Assembly: GCA_951406725.2 (NCBI GenBank)
Contig: OX597837.1
Location: forward strand, 6,820,001-6,884,000
Direction of reading: 5' to 3'
DNA length: 64,000 nt
DNA from: Octopus vulgaris
Lineage: Eukaryota
The notes under the pieces are model-generated. The model saw only the letters and a program-made list of their open reading frames with translations. It had not been told where the DNA came from and searched no databases. The translations under genes and the position numbers were made by a program. Position 1 is the first letter of the stretch. Each line of letters starts with the position of its first letter. Below, in pieces: positions 29,173 through 44,013 of this stretch.

Positions 29173-31538
29173 AGAAGAAGAAGAAGAAGAAGAAGAAGAA
29201 GAAGGAGATTTCTATTGCTTCTTTATCTTTCTCAACTCCTTACGATGATATTAATCATCATCGTCCAGTTTGCTTCCACTAAAATGGTTAAGCAACTTCT
29301 ACGTTTAGTTGTATCACTACTTACAATATACAGAGCAATCAGACCCGTTGTGGTTAAGCATCCAATTGGAACATCCGATGCAGAGATCCAAACAAAACAA
29401 TGTTGAAACGTGCGTAGGAACAAATGATGGAAACTTCTGTAAATTTTATAAATGCTTACATGTGTGTGTGCGTTCGTGTGTGTGCGTGCGTGTGTGTGCG
29501 TGCGTGTGTGTGTATGTATTTTTATATAAGGAACTGCACTTTTGCTGAGCATACACATTAATACAAGCATGCACGCCTTATTTTTGCCATACTGAAAACA
29601 ATATTGCGTGAATAAGGTTGTGAAACGGCTGTAATCTTATGAAAGATGCATCCTTTAATGAACATATATTCACATCTCATACCTCTTGACTTTATGTTTT
29701 TATTTACTCCTCACGAAAGAATTGCATCGATATGTTTTTCCTGAATTTTCAGTTACATAGACTTTCTACATTACACTTCTTTGTAATTTATTACAATGTC
29801 GACTGATAGCCGATTCCGTAAGAAGAGCTTTATATGATAGCCGCACGATTCTCTGATTCTACCTTTTATAATACTCATTATACATATCCATTTACCTATA
29901 TACACAAACAAACGCATGGTACACGCAAACAACACACGCACACAAATATTTTAGTTTTTCTTTTTTCGTTTACTTGGAGGAGGTCGCACGAATCCCTTGA
30001 TATTTTCTCATTCTCCAAAATTGGTTGCAGTAATGGATGGATTTATTACTATTCCGAAGACCTGACTCCTGATTCGTTCAAAACAATGGATTCCATTAAT
30101 CGGTCACCCATTTTAACACTACCTCCTGGCTTTTGTGTGCCTTTCGTGGAATACCAAATTTTGCATGCCAAGCATTCGTGACAGACATACTGTCAAAGAT
30201 CACTTCATACTTTCACTTTCACCAGTCTTTGAGCTCGTCCAGAAAATTCACCATAAAGGAAAATTCCCCGTTAGAGAAATTCCTCATATGGAGAATCATA
30301 AAGCATATTATCACAGCATCTTCTTCTTTAGTAAAGAAAAAAAGAATGATAAAAGGTTTTATAGAAACCTGAAACAGATAAGCTTTTATTCAACGTCAAA
30401 CCTTAGGAAACACGTGACGAAGTCATTTAAAACGAAATTTCTTACGGCAATTTTTCCTCCGGCAAAAATGTTGACAGCTAAATTTTCTTTCACCGTCTTC
30501 GAGGCCGTTAAAATGTCAATTCTACTCCCGTTTTCTTTTATTCATATAAAAAAAAAATGAAGGCAATATCTAGATGCTGATGACAAAATGAAGGCTTGAT
30601 TAAATCTACTTAAAAAAAAAAATCGATTCTTCGACGATAGTTCGTACAATTTCCGTCCACCAAATTTCGATCGCAGGTCTTCACGTAAGTCAATTCTTCA
30701 AGATACCGTGTAGTGACCACAAACCCACCACCGCAAGTTTCTGAAGAAGACCTCTTAACCACAAAGAGATGTTGGCGTCTATTTTTGTAATTCTGTAGTT
30801 CAGATAGATTCCAATGATGTTTTGTAACGAATCGTTCGATAATTGACCCGTATTAGTATATGTTAAGACGTTGAGATATTACGATATTACGATGTTCTGT
30901 AGTCCAAAACCTTTCAATGATTAACCCGTATCATTTTGTTTTCTATTTGTTTTCTATTTGCTGTGTCACGAGACGATGATCTATCATTTTGGATATAACC
31001 TGCCTTCGGAAGATGATTAATTTGAAAACACAAAGGAACAGCATTCCGAGTCGTTGCTTAAAAGTATATGACAGATAAGTCCTTAGGTTTCAAAACGTTT
31101 TAGACAAGCACTCAAATAAGTTCGCCCTCTGATGATATGTCCTACCCCAAGTCTATACCATGATTGATATCAAAGACTATATTCCTAATATGTATATACA
31201 AAAGTTAAGAGATGTAAATAGATACGGTGATTTTTGAGAGAAATTTCTGAATTGAATATTTGAACTCTTGTTTTGATGTACATGAAAATTATTTGATAGT
31301 AGAAGTGAAAGAGAGGAGAGAGGAAGGAAGAGAGAGACAGAGAGGAATGGATGGGAGAGATGAATGGGAGAGAGAGATGAAGGGAAAGAGAGAGAGAAAG
31401 AGAGAGTGACTGATGTAATTAAATTTAGATGCTAGACCGCAAGCCGTGTATTTGATTGTTGACCGTAAAGTGATGTCACTGGCAGTGCATGCTCACTGCG
31501 TGGAATAAATCTATACACAAACACACACATATATATAG

Positions 31539-31558
31539 AGGGGGAGGAGAGAGTAATG

Positions 31559-31591
<33 letters not shown>

Positions 31592-31735
31592 AGAATGAAG
31601 TGTGGTTCTTAATACAAAGACTAAATCCGGAACCAACTAGTTTCGGGTTCGGTCTCACTTAATGGCACTTTGGGTAAGTATCTGCTACAAACACACACAT
31701 ATATATAAAGAGGGAGAGAGGAGAGAGTAATGTAG

Positions 31736-31769
<34 letters not shown>

Positions 31770-31918
31770 GGAAGTGTAGTTCTTAACAGAAAGACAAATC
31801 CGGAACCAACTAGTTCCGGGTTCGGTCCCACTTCGTGGTACCTTGGGTAAGTATCGGCTACAAAACATATACACAAATACATATATATAAAGAGGGAGAG
31901 AGGAGAGAGTATGTAGTA

Positions 31919-31950
<32 letters not shown>

Positions 31951-32100
31951 TGAAGTGTGGTTCTTAATAGAAAGACTAAATCCGGAACCAACTGGTTCCG
32001 GGTTCGGTCCCACTTCATGGCACTTTGGGTAAGTATCTGCTACAAACACACACATATATATATAAAGAGGGAGAGAGGAGAGAGTAATGTAGATATGTGT

Positions 32101-32136
<36 letters not shown>

Positions 32137-32297
32137 GGAAGTGTAGTTCTTAGCAGAAAGACTAAATCCGGAATGAACTAGTTCCGGGTTCGGTCCCACT
32201 TCGTGGTACCTTGGGTAGGTATCGGCTACAAAACATATACACAAACACACATATATATATAAAGAGGGAGAGAGGAGAGAGTAATGTAGATATGTGT

Positions 32298-32337
<40 letters not shown>

Positions 32338-32477
32338 GGAAGTGTAGTTCTTAGCAGAAAGACTAAATCCGGAATGAACTAGTTCCGGGTTCGGTCTCAC
32401 TTCATGGCACTTTGGGTAAGTATCTGCTACAAACACACACATATATATAAAGAGGGAGAGAGGAGAGAGTAATGTAG

Positions 32478-32555
<78 letters not shown>

Positions 32556-33110
32556 GGAAGTGTAGTTCTTAACAGAAAGACAAATCCGGAACCAACTAGT
32601 TCCGGGTTCGGTCCCACTTCGTGGTACCTTGGGTAAGTATCGGCTACAAAACATATACACAAATACATATATATAAAGAGGGAGAGAGGAGAGAGTAATG
32701 TAGATTTGTGTGTGTGTGTGTGTGTGTGTGTGTTTGTGTAGTGAAGTGTAGTTCTTAACGGAAAGACTAAATCCGGAACCAACTAGTTCCGGGCTCAGTC
32801 CCGCTTCGTGGTCCCTTGGGTAAGTATCTGCAACAATAACCTCGGGCTGACCAAAGCCATGTGAGTGGATGGGTTTGGTGGACGGAAATTGAAAGAAGCC
32901 CGTCATACATATGCGTGTGTGTGTGTGTGTGAGTGTATGCATGTATATATGTATGCATATACGTGAGTGTGTGTGTGCATGTATGTGTGTCACTGTGTCT
33001 GTGTTTGTCCGCCACCGCTTGACAACGGTGTTCGTTTGTTTGCTGTTCAGCGTAAGAGGCAGATAGAATATGCCCCAAACTTTAAAAACATCTTCGTGTC
33101 GATTTGTTCC
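31539..33110 (+). repeat. Minisatellite of seven ~170-226-bp SINE-A-derived units
   Basis: Units start near 31539, 31709, 31891, 32066, 32263, 32451 and 32677. The last runs into the SINE A tail. Confidence 0.85.
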
Positions 33111-33339
33111 CCTAAAACTTTTCATGACGCCTTAAATGTTCTTTGGATACTTCCATGTTAGACAGGGTTTTAATCAAAGAAATTTTAATTCTATTATTCT
33201 ATAAAATAATATTTAATTAGTTTAAATGTACACAAATGCATAAAAATAATTTTTAATTCCATTAGACATTCTAAACTACTATTAAATTTCATTCAGTTTT
33301 AAAAAAGGTAAAATCGGATAGAACTTATAGGATGACCTG

Positions 33340-33396
<57 letters not shown>

Positions 33397-33642
33397 TGTG
33401 TGTGTGTAGCGTCCTGGTAACGAATACTTGCTTTATTCCTTTCTAAGAAATTTTTTAGAAAACTGCAAACGAATCAAAATAATCCGAAATTGAAGCGACC
33501 CTGGATGAAACGCAATATATTTTAATATTCTTCATATATTGTACGTAATAAATACTCTACGGAAACAGAGGATCTAAGCATTATATTTATTATACAACTT
33601 TCGAAGACCTCATGTGTAAACGAAAACTCTGAACAACTAAAA

Positions 33643-34014
33643 TCTTCTCTCTATATATAAACGGCAGTTTGTCTGTGTGTGTTTCTGTGTGTCTGTTAGG
33701 TTGTACCCTCACCCTGACCACGGCTTTCAACCGATTCTGATGAAACTTGACACACACATAGCCCAATGTCATAATTCAAAACTAACGCAGCGAAAATTTT
33801 GAAAAGTTCCCCCAGTTCTGAAAAAAATCGATAAATTCGACATGGTGTCGAGAATCAGAAACACAAACCAGACTGTCTAGGGGGCGCAACTCGACCTTTT
33901 TAACTAAAAAAAAATTTACCATCATTTTTTCCCCATTTTTTGGCTATAACTCTCTAAAAATGGTTTATAGTTATTTCCCTTACAAACCCGAGCAACGCCG
34001 AGCGATACTGCTAG
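33643..34014 (+). mobile_element. Non-autonomous Helitron-like element, copy 2
   Basis: A|TC 5' end, subterminal hairpin (cccgagcaacgccgag), CTAG|T 3' end and no TSD. Confidence 0.8.
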
Positions 34015-34345
34015 TAATAAATAATAATAATACTTTCTAATTACGTAGTAGCATTTTCGCTCTTAGTGTAATAACTGAAACAAAGTTTGTATGCAATTTT
34101 TGTTAATTAGCGAAACTTATCAAAAAAGCGACAGTTTTCCGATAAGCGCCATTTTATTTTATTTACTTCTACGATTTCGATGTCTGTCCAAATAACCACA
34201 GCATGTTGTTCACATTAGGTAAATATAACAATAAACTTAATTTGATATCATTCGTTGTATGCAAATAGGCTATACGTTGTTTTTCAGCCATTCATTTCAG
34301 ACATAGCAAGAGATTATAAACCTTTGCTGTTTATCAAATTGTTTA

Positions 34346-34408
<63 letters not shown>

Positions 34409-34483
34409 TTATCTATTTGTCTGTCTATACCAATCTATCTACCTATTTGTCTGTCTATCTATCTACCAATCTATCTATCTATT

Positions 34484-34537
<54 letters not shown>

Positions 34538-34549
34538 CCTATCTACCAG

Positions 34550-34597
<48 letters not shown>

Positions 34598-34598
34598 C

Positions 34599-34662
<64 letters not shown>

Positions 34663-35161
34663 TTGTCTGTCTATCTATCTATCTATATACAAATTGGTGT
34701 GCGTGTGTGTGTATCTGTGTGTGTGTTGTGGCTGTCTCTCATATCTTATTTTGAACAAATATCTCCGACGAAAATACTTCCGTAGGAATAAATCAGTGTA
34801 CGTTTAAAATAACTTCTTTCTTTAAACGTTCCATGTTTTCGTTGGGGTAGGTTACAGGAACACTTCTGAACGAATTTCTTTCAAAGTAACGACTTGTCAA
34901 TTAAGAAATATCGAAGCTACGCTTGTGTGGCAAATAGAGAAAGGAGGGGAAGGAAACGAAATTTGTCGAATGAATTCATGAAAAGGCTGGTGAGACGAAC
35001 AGTGCGTGAACCGAGAACAACTTCAAAAGAGATCAGAGGAATACATTGGGAAGCTGGACATAAAGCTTTCATCTTCAACCGCAAAGAGGGCATTGTGGAT
35101 ATTTCAGTTCTATGGGTGCCGAGCTAGAAAAACCCACCTGCTCAGGTCCCACCACGTTAAC

Positions 35162-35370
35162 CCTGTTGTTGTTGTTGTTAAGCCACAAGACGGGTACGGA
35201 TGATTAAGTAATGGTCCAGGGCTTAGGGGCTGCAGATCCCAGACCTTGGGAAAAAAAACTTTGGTCGTCTTGTTGTAGTCGAGGGCTCTTCGTTGACGCC
35301 CGACACCACTGAGAGGTGGCCCTCGAAGTCGCTGGAAATGGAGATCTCCAGGTCCAAATTCTTGAACGGT
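35162..35370 (-). mobile_element. Unclassified ~209-bp retroposon with (CAA)n tail and 10-bp TSD
   Basis: CCACGTTAAC is duplicated at 35152-35161 and 35371-35380. Removing the insert restores Tc1-like reading (HVNAWVQYA). Confidence 0.7.
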
Positions 35371-35716
35371 CCACGTTAACGCTTGGGTACAGTATGCAAC
35401 GAGCATGTTAAACAGACCTGCCCAGTTTTTGATAGAGGGTTCGATGAGACCAAACTTGAACTTTTTGGCCGCAACAAAAATTCTACAGTTTGGTGGAAAT
35501 CTGGAAGGGCTTTTCCGCCCCAAATCTCCATTTCTACTGTGAAGCATGGTGCTGGAAATTTAATATTTTAATGGAGTATTTTTCAGCAACCGTCGCTAGC
35601 GACTGGTTGGTATCAAAGACCGGATTAAAAAAGAGAAATACGTCAGACTATCAGGTTTGAATCTTCGCATGTCGGCAGAATAGTCAGGGCTTGGCAACAA
35701 TTGAATGTTTCTCCTA

Positions 35717-35878
35717 GGCGTAGGAGTGGCTGTGTGGTAAGTAGCTTGCTTACGAACCACATGGTTCCGGGTTCAGTCACACTGCGTGGCACCTTGGGCA
35801 AGTGTCTTCTGCTATAGCATCGGGCCGACCAAATTCTTGTGAGTGGATTTGGTAGATGAAAACTGAAAGAAGCCCGTC

Positions 35879-35932
<54 letters not shown>

Positions 35933-36208
35933 AGATATAGATATAGATATAGATATATATGTATGTATGTATATATGAATGTATTGTCGGTATATGTTAG
36001 TGTTCCTGTGTTTGTCCTCCCAACATCGCTTGACAACCGATGCTGGTGTGTTTACGTCCTCGTAACTTAGCGGTTCGGCAAAAGAGACCGATAGAATAAG
36101 TACTAGGCTTACAAAGAATAAGTCTCGGGGTCAATTTGCTCGACTAAAGGCGGTGCTCCAGCATGGCCACAGTAAACATGACTGAAACAAGTAAAAGAGT
36201 AAAAGAGT
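35717..36208 (+). mobile_element. SINE family A, full length, inside the Tc1 relic
   Basis: tRNA-like head, internal microsatellite and (AAAAGAGT)n tail. Confidence 0.85.
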
Positions 36209-36731
36209 ATCAGGAACCTACGTCGAATTTAGCGACTGCCTAGCTGGGCGAAAATAATATCGACATTTTGCAATATCCATCTCAATAGTCGGACTCGAAT
36301 CCGATTGAAAATCTTTGGTGCCACTTCAAAGGTAAGATTTAGTAAAGATACCTCAAAAGTCTGAAAGTTTTAGAGACGATTACATATCAGGAATAGGCAA
36401 AAATTGATAAAAATTTGTGTGTTAAGTTAGTTTCTAGTTATACAAAGAAGATTAATTATCATTATGATAATAACGACTTTGTAATTAGTTACTAAACAAA
36501 ATGTTATGAATAATTTAGCGCACGTGTCGTCCAATAATTTTTTGAATTTAGCTAATTTTGATTGTTATCCGTTGTAAAAATAATTTAATGATTAAACGAA
36601 ATTTTGTATACTCATAAAATATAAATGATATACAAAAGAGAATACAAACTGATTGTTGATAAGAATATTCTTAAAAATCGATTTCATTCTAAGCGTTAGG
36701 AATACTTATAAACACCACTATATACACATGC

Positions 36732-36785
<54 letters not shown>

Positions 36786-36841
36786 TTATATGAATATAAC
36801 TATATAATGCACACATGTACTCGTATGTCTCTCTCTCTCTC

Positions 36842-36873
<32 letters not shown>

Positions 36874-36929
36874 ATATACATAAATATGTATGTATATGTG
36901 TGTATACGTACAAATATATCCATATATTA

Positions 36930-36964
<35 letters not shown>

Positions 36965-37111
36965 AATATATATATATACATATATATATATATGTGTAAT
37001 TTATACATACATACATATATATATATATATACATACATTTGATTTCGAATATGTATATATGTACACGAATACTATAGAAATAGGTTATATACGGATGATT
37101 TTATTTCTCTG

Positions 37112-37142
<31 letters not shown>

Positions 37143-37212
37143 TTCTCTCACTCTCTTCAGAAATGTGTTAGAAAATAATACATATAACAGTTGGCAAAAT
37201 CTCAAGGATAAC

Positions 37213-37279
<67 letters not shown>

Positions 37280-37311
37280 GGATTAGGAAAGAATAAAAAA
37301 ATATATATATA

Positions 37312-37349
<38 letters not shown>

Positions 37350-38025
37350 CATACATATATATATATGTATATATGTATGTATATCTATATATATGTGTGT
37401 ATATATACAAAATAATGAAAAAAAAAAATTCGAATGACAAATGATAGGAAATTTCCTACATGGTATTCGTAAAGATTCATTAATCAGTCACAGAGAAGAC
37501 TCATTTAATTAAATTTACCGTTATGTATTGAGGCTCATTTTAACTCCACCGAAAGCAAGCAAAGGGAAGGAAACGTCGAAGAATAACAACAAGGCAAGAA
37601 AAGAAAAAAAGACAAAAAAAAACACCGCAAAAAATAAAGAGTTAAAAAATGGTAATTCCAGTCAAAGAATATCATGGAGTTAGAATGTACTTTGTGTGTG
37701 GAATGGTATTTAGAAAGAGTAATTAGTCACCGTCAATAAGTACGGCATTTAATTAACGTTTTGTTTTTGTGTTTTTTTATTGCTGTGTTTGTTATTTTTT
37801 TTATAGATATTTTTATAGTTTGTTTTGCGATTTGTGATTGATTTTCCGATTTTCGTATTTCTTTCTTTTCTATGATTGTGTTTGCTTCTGTGTGAATGTG
37901 CGCGCGAGTGTGTGTTTTGTTTGTATTTGTATGTATGTGTGTATATGCGTATATGTGTGTGTGTGTGTGTGTGTCTGTGAATGTACATGTGTCTGTATTT
38001 GTATGTCTGTGTATATATATATATG

Positions 38026-38056
<31 letters not shown>

Positions 38057-38560
38057 GTGTGTGCGTGTGTGTGTATGTGTGTGTGTGTGCGTATATGCGT
38101 GTGAGTGTGTGCGTGTGTTTGTGAATGTGCCTGTGTCTGTATTTGTATATGTGTATATGCGTGTGTGTGTTTGTGAATGTATTTGTGTCTGTATTTGTTT
38201 GTATGTAAGTATGTGTGTATATACGTGTGTGTGTGTGTTTGTGAACGTGTTTGTGTCTGTATTTATATGTATGTATGTATGTATGCTTGTGTGTGTGTGT
38301 GTCTGTGCGTATGCGTGTATACCTCCGTGTATGTGTTTCTGTTTGTATTTGTAAATATATGTATGTGTGTATGCGTATGTGTGCGTATGTGTTTGTATCG
38401 GTATGTATATGTATGTGTATGTGTGTGTGAGTGCAGGTGTGGTGTGTGTTTGTTTATGCATTTCTGTGCGTAAGTGTGCGTTGGTGTGTGTGTCTGTGCA
38501 TTTCAGAGTGAAGTCGTGTATATTTGTTTCTGCATTTGTACGTTTTTATGCATGTATATA

Positions 38561-38564
<4 letters not shown>

Positions 38565-38591
<27 letters not shown>

Positions 38592-38690
38592 GTGTATGTA
38601 TGTATGTATGTATGTGTGTATGTATGTATGTATGTGTGTATGTATGTGTGTATGTATGTATGTATGTATGTATGTAAGTATGTGTGTATG

Positions 38691-38721
<31 letters not shown>

Positions 38722-38742
38722 GTATGTGTGTATGTATGTATG

Positions 38743-38773
<31 letters not shown>

Positions 38774-38948
38774 GTATGTGTGTATGTATGTATGTATGTA
38801 CGTATGTATGTATGTACGTACGTATGTATGTATGTATGTATATATGTATATATGTGTGTGTGTATGTATGTATGTATGTATATGTATGAATGTATGTATG
38901 TTTGTGTGTATGTATGTATGTATGTAAGTATGTGTGTATGTATGTATG

Positions 38949-38979
<31 letters not shown>

Positions 38980-39321
38980 GTATGTGTGTATGTATGTATG
39001 TATGTATGTATGTATGTATGTATGTATGTATGAATGTATGTAAGTATGTGTGTATGTATGTATGTATGTATGTATGTATTATGTATGTATGTATGTATGT
39101 ATGTATGTATGTATGTATGAATGTATGTATGTATGAATGTATGTAAGTATGTGTGTATGTATGTATGTATGTATGTATTATGTATGTATTATGTATGTAT
39201 GAATGTATGTAAGTATGTGTGTATGTATGTATGTATGTATGTATGTATGTATGTATGTATGTATGTATGTATGTATGTATGTATGTATGTATGTATGTAT
39301 GTATGTATGTATGTATGTATG

Positions 39322-39352
<31 letters not shown>

Positions 39353-39625
39353 GTATGTATGTATGTATGTATGTATGTATGTATGTATGTATGTATGTGT
39401 GTATGTATGTATGTATGTATGTATGTATGTATGTATGTATGTATGTATGTATGTATGTATGTATGTATGTATGAATGTATGTAAGTATGTGTGTATGTAT
39501 GTATGTATGTATGTATGTATGTATGTATGTATGTATGTATGTATGTATGTATGTATGAATGTATGTATGTATGAATGTATGTAAGTATGTGTGTATGTAT
39601 GTATGTATGTATGTATGTGTGTATG

Positions 39626-39656
<31 letters not shown>

Positions 39657-39680
39657 GTATGTGTGTATGTATGTACGTAT
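38565..39680. repeat. ~1.1-kb (TATG)n microsatellite
   Basis: Direct reading. Confidence 0.95.
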
Positions 39681-39927
39681 GAATTTGTGTGTTTGTGTGT
39701 GATCTTGTCTCTATATGTTTGTATCTGTATTTGCCTGTTTATGTGTATGTATTAAATTATATCTGTGCGCTTGTGTATGTGTTTCTACCTGTATTTGTCT
39801 GTTTCTGTATGTGTGTATATGTCTCTACTTTCACGTACGGACACCTGTTTGTAAGCATATGTGTATGTGAATATGTATAGCTGTGAGCATGCGTTCGTCT
39901 GTGCATCTATGTCAACCTGTTTTTATG

Positions 39928-40225
39928 TATGCAGGTGTGGTTGTGTGTTAAGAAGTTTGCTTCCCAAATTCATGGTTCCAGGTTCAGTCCTGCGGTGTGG
40001 CACCTTTGGTAAGTGTCTTCTACTATAGCCTCGGGCCGACCAAAGCCTTGTGAGTGGATTTGGTAGACGGAAACTGGAAGAAGCCAATGAGTTGATGTGT
40101 GTGTGTGTGTGAGTGCCTTTGTGTCTGTGTTCGTCGCCCCACCAACCATGGTTTGACAACCGATGTTGACGTGTTTACATTCCCGTAATGTAGTGGTTCG
40201 GCAAAGAAGACCGATATAATAAGCA
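39928..40225 (+). mobile_element. SINE family A (more diverged copies near 6500, 12140, 18400, 57640, 59900, 62380)
   Basis: ggccgaccaaagccttgtgagtggatttggtagacggaaact core. Confidence 0.8.
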
Positions 40226-41515
40226 CTGGTAAAATTTAGTTTAGTAGAACTTGCTGAATGGTCCAGTTGTCGGCGACGGAGCCAACCCTACACTATGCTT
40301 GTTTTGTAAAAAGACAGTTCCAACTAACCTTCCCCCCTACTCCATTGGGGAGGGTTGCTAGAATCTCTATAGGACAAAATCAATAACTGCCAAGAGTGCA
40401 CATGAACCCAACTTTCAATCTATAACTTATTTATTACACGCCTTAGCGCCGATGCAATATCGTTGGAATCGCGTACAAGATGTCTCGTTAACCTATTTTA
40501 TATTCATGCTATTTATTTCAGGATCTGTGGGTTTTATGGCTTCTTGGCATTTCAATAAATTACACGAACTCAAATGATCCAAATAAGGAGTAAAATGATA
40601 AGAGCAATGGAGAGAATGCGATGCGGTGTTCGTTCAGGATATTCTACACTCTGCCTTCAAAATACTTCTGATGCTAGCACTGCCTTTACTTCTTGTGATC
40701 GGTAAATGAAGTACCATTCGTGAAGGATTAACAAATTCCTTCACTTCCGGTTTAATTTTCGAAATAAAATGTTAACAGAGACACTTAGTTGCAGCATATT
40801 ATGTTAGACAGTGTGGGATAATGGGAACAATTTGCAACTACAAAATTCATCATTGAGAAGATACAGAAAGAAAAGAGATATGCGAACCGACTGACAGGTA
40901 TGAGCTAAGGGGAAGTAGAGAACATAGGCAATTCATATGCACACACACAGTAACTATTCAGCCACTGCTTTGAGTGTTTTATATTAAGAATCTGGTTGTT
41001 AAATGACTGCTCGTCTTCTTAGTTAAAGCTCGTTGTCGAAATGTACCTTCATTGTGTCCTTTCTACAAATATTTCCGTGGTTATTGTTCTGATGAACTTT
41101 CTGTTCTACTGCCCTCAATAAAGACCTTTAAACGTGTTGCCCAGTTCACTTTGTGCATCGTTTCTCTCCCGAGGTTCTTGTTAGTCATAAGTTTTCTTTC
41201 TTAAGCTTCTTTCGTAACTTGATGGCTCGAATTTCAGAATCGAGTTGTTATAATGTTTGGTCCTCTTATTTTCACTAGGTTGGAGTCATTGATTCATCGT
41301 CGAAATATATCTCTTCTTTTGGTTCTGATCCTATAAATACACCCCTTCACCACCACCCCAACCACCCAAAAACATATATGCAAACAGTGCCATACCGTTC
41401 ACATGGCAACAACAGAACAGATAATATATAAGCGCGCATGCGTATAAAATGAATAATGATAATTATATTGGTATACATCAATATTTATGTGTTTATGTAT
41501 ATGTGCGCCTCTGTA

Positions 41516-41569
<54 letters not shown>

Positions 41570-42133
41570 TATTTAATTATATAAATATATATATATATAC
41601 ATATACATACATATATGTACGTATATATATATATATATATATATGGAAAAAAGTCAAGATAGAAAATGCTAATATATATATATATATATGGAAAAAAGTC
41701 TAGATAGAAAATGCTAATATATATATATACATATATGTACATACGTGCATATATAAATGTCTTTGTGTTTAGATATACATACATGTATGGGCAGTTATGG
41801 ATGGTGGGGGTGTGTGTGGGTGTGTGAGAGCGCATTGTATATAATACAAAATATGATTTAGAGACGTAAATACAGGATTGAATAAATAGATAAAAAAAAT
41901 AACAAGGTAGTAAGGGAAAAAAGAACAGAAGTAATAAAAAAAAGACTAAAAGATTTAAAGAATAATAGAATAAAAATAGCTTGCTTTAGGGGATAAAATA
42001 AGCAATTCATATAACTATACACACACCACGAATTCGAACAACTTATATCTGTCTATATATGTGTGTGTGCCTGTGTGTGCGTATGTGTTTAATTATTTAT
42101 ATACCTATATAGCTATATATATGGATATATATA

Positions 42134-42201
<68 letters not shown>

Positions 42202-42234
42202 CTACATGCATATACAGACATATTTATCTATCTA

Positions 42235-42277
<43 letters not shown>

Positions 42278-42451
42278 CACATTTATACATGCATACATAT
42301 ATGCATATATACATATACATAAATTCATGCGTAGATTTCCATCTGCATACATACATATATTATATATAGATACGTTTCCAAATGCTAGATAGATGCATTA
42401 AACATCTAAGAAAAAACTGCATTTATGCATGCGCACACAGTCACACATACC

Positions 42452-42516
<65 letters not shown>

Positions 42517-42838
42517 GCATATATAAGTTAATTATCAGTATATAGATATCAGCCTATATCTATCCAAACTTATGTATGTATATATGGCAATCTATCAACT
42601 ATGGTATGTTTAAATTATTGAACAAGTACTGTTAGGCAAATATATATAATATACAGTATTCATATATATACATATATCATATCAATATACATAGATAGAT
42701 AAAGAGACATACATATATATATAAACATATATATATGTGGACATATGCATACACACTTAATAATAATACATTCCGACACCAACAGATATACATACATACA
42801 TATTTACACACACATACATACATACATACATACATACA

Positions 42839-42874
<36 letters not shown>

Positions 42875-43020
42875 CATTTACCCATCAAAGTACTCAGTAT
42901 TGAATTCAGGCGTATACTACAAACAAGCATAGAAACACACACACACTCATAGACAAACTCACACACACACGTTTACATGTAGGCACATATATATATACAT
43001 ACATATATATATATATATAT

Positions 43021-43100
<80 letters not shown>

Positions 43101-43114
43101 GATAGATAGGTAGG

Positions 43115-43191
<77 letters not shown>

Positions 43192-43589
43192 TGATAGATA
43201 CACACATGCATACATTCATATATACATCCATACATATATACATACGTACAGAGGGAGAGAGAACGAGGAAAAAAAAGAAGGAAAAAAGGGAGATGCGTAC
43301 AGACATAACTAGACTGTCAGAAGAGAGAACTCACGCGGAGGAGAAATCTAAAAATAATAGAAAATTAACCATCGCAGCAAGAGGAATTATACAGAGGCTT
43401 CAATTTGATGTTGGAAATTAATCGATATGGAGAATCAAAAAAAAAGGAAACACTTGGGCAAATTGTCCTCAAAGGGAATTTGTTTCCTTCAACATAGTAA
43501 TATATGGTCGTTGTTGTTGTTGTTGTTGTTGTAGATAGATGTACACAGATAGGCATGCGTGAGTGTGTGGATGTATGTGCGCGTGTGTA

Positions 43590-43643
<54 letters not shown>

Positions 43644-43708
43644 ATTATATATATATATATATACATATATATATTTATATATATATGTATGTATATGTAT
43701 ATATATGA

Positions 43709-43739
<31 letters not shown>

Positions 43740-43973
43740 TATGCTCACACACATATATATACATATATATATACAAATTTAAGTGTGCGTCTATGTATAC
43801 ATGCATGTATGTGTATATGTGTGTATATATATATAGTCATACACATATATGTGTACACATATGCATATACCTATTTATATATATATGTGTGTGTGTGTGT
43901 GTATGAATATATATATATCTATATATGTGTATATACGTATGTATGTATATATATATGAATATATATATATGCA

Positions 43974-44013
<40 letters not shown>

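Larger units (their letters stand above)
34800..36721 (+). pseudogene. Decayed Tc1-family transposon interrupted by two retroposons
   Basis: RRGRKRNLS, PRTTSKEI, RARKTHLL, DETKLELFG, TVKHGAGNL and QYPSQ*SDSNPIENLW. A TIR-like end aatacttataaacaccactata lies near 36720. Confidence 0.8.

Noticed and set aside
31539-32830. CRISPR-like appearance of the regular array
   Set aside because: Eukaryotic context, the spacers are (TG)n rather than unique, the units are SINE-derived and there are no cas genes.
40770-41187. Possible solo LTR (TG...CA with AATAAA)
   Set aside because: No convincing TSD, second copy or internal domain in the window.
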